A stretch of DNA of 62,958 nt, counting the filler, from Guillardia theta CCMP2712 (lineage: Eukaryota; Protista; Cryptophyta): assembly GCF_000315625.1 (NCBI RefSeq). It is 5 parts of 4 records of this genome, joined end to end, with 100 filler letters (N's around TTAATTAATTAA, not from the genome) between each part and the next. Parts side by side here need not be neighbours in the genome. Positions count along the whole stretch, not along the records: positions 60,541 to 62,958 come from NW_005434584.1; 4 more parts are not named here. One strand, written 5' to 3'. The translations under genes were made by a program, and so were the position numbers. Positions 62,704-62,958 of the stretch are shown here, piece after piece. Each line of letters begins with the position of its first letter. Position 1 is the first letter of the stretch. Below the pieces are notes generated by a model. It worked only from the letters and a program-made list of their open reading frames with translations, was not told the DNA's origin and made no database searches.

Positions 62704-62958
62704 CTGCGATCTTCATCATCATCTCGCCCCTTCTTCATTTGCGGACGGGCTGCTGGGAATGTGTGAAAGAAAATGGAAGGCTGTCGGGTACTGATGCTCA
62801 GGGCTGCAGCTGGGAAGTTTGATCCATCCTTGTCACGGAGCAAGATCATGTGCGAGAGGACAGCATAGAATCTCTGGACAGGTGAGACTGGAGGGTTCTG
62901 TCTCCTGTCCTCTCATACAAGCCTGCGTCAGGTGACGATTGCAGGAGACGGGGCGTGC

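Overview
Eukaryotic nuclear DNA: GC-rich and gene-dense, with many short (~45-60 nt) GT-AG introns, many swollen by (GGA)n/(CCT)n/(GAT)n microsatellites. Intron style plus a bipartite signal peptide with Phe at +1 suggest a cryptophyte alga (Guillardia/Hanusia-like; inference). Four 100-nt N spacers containing TTAATTAATTAA are artificial contig linkers, so synteny across 10.6, 32.3, 50.2 and 60.5 kb is not trustworthy. Recognisable genes: Nup93/Nic96, a single-KH microprotein, a TALE homeobox gene, NC2-beta/Dr1, a TRPV-type channel, WDR78/DNAI4 (5' part), OLA1/YchF (partial), a cNMP-binding protein, an inverted pair of CK1-like kinases, a TPR-membrane protein, plastid-targeted NDH-2, a Tra2/SR45a-like splicing factor, a flavin reductase-like protein and several orphan or secreted proteins. 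All gene models were spliced by hand and are approximate. Most interesting unexplained signals: (1) a ~275-nt multi-helix candidate ncRNA at 7054-7327, convergent on the KH gene, whose flanks carry ten ACATCT/AGAUGU motifs; (2) a kinase pair homogenised only over its catalytic C-lobe; (3) clustered TGACA sites upstream of the TALE gene; (4) a recurring GGGGT/ACCCC plus CCGG/GAGTC intergenic grammar; (5) a 12-Cys secreted peptide precursor.
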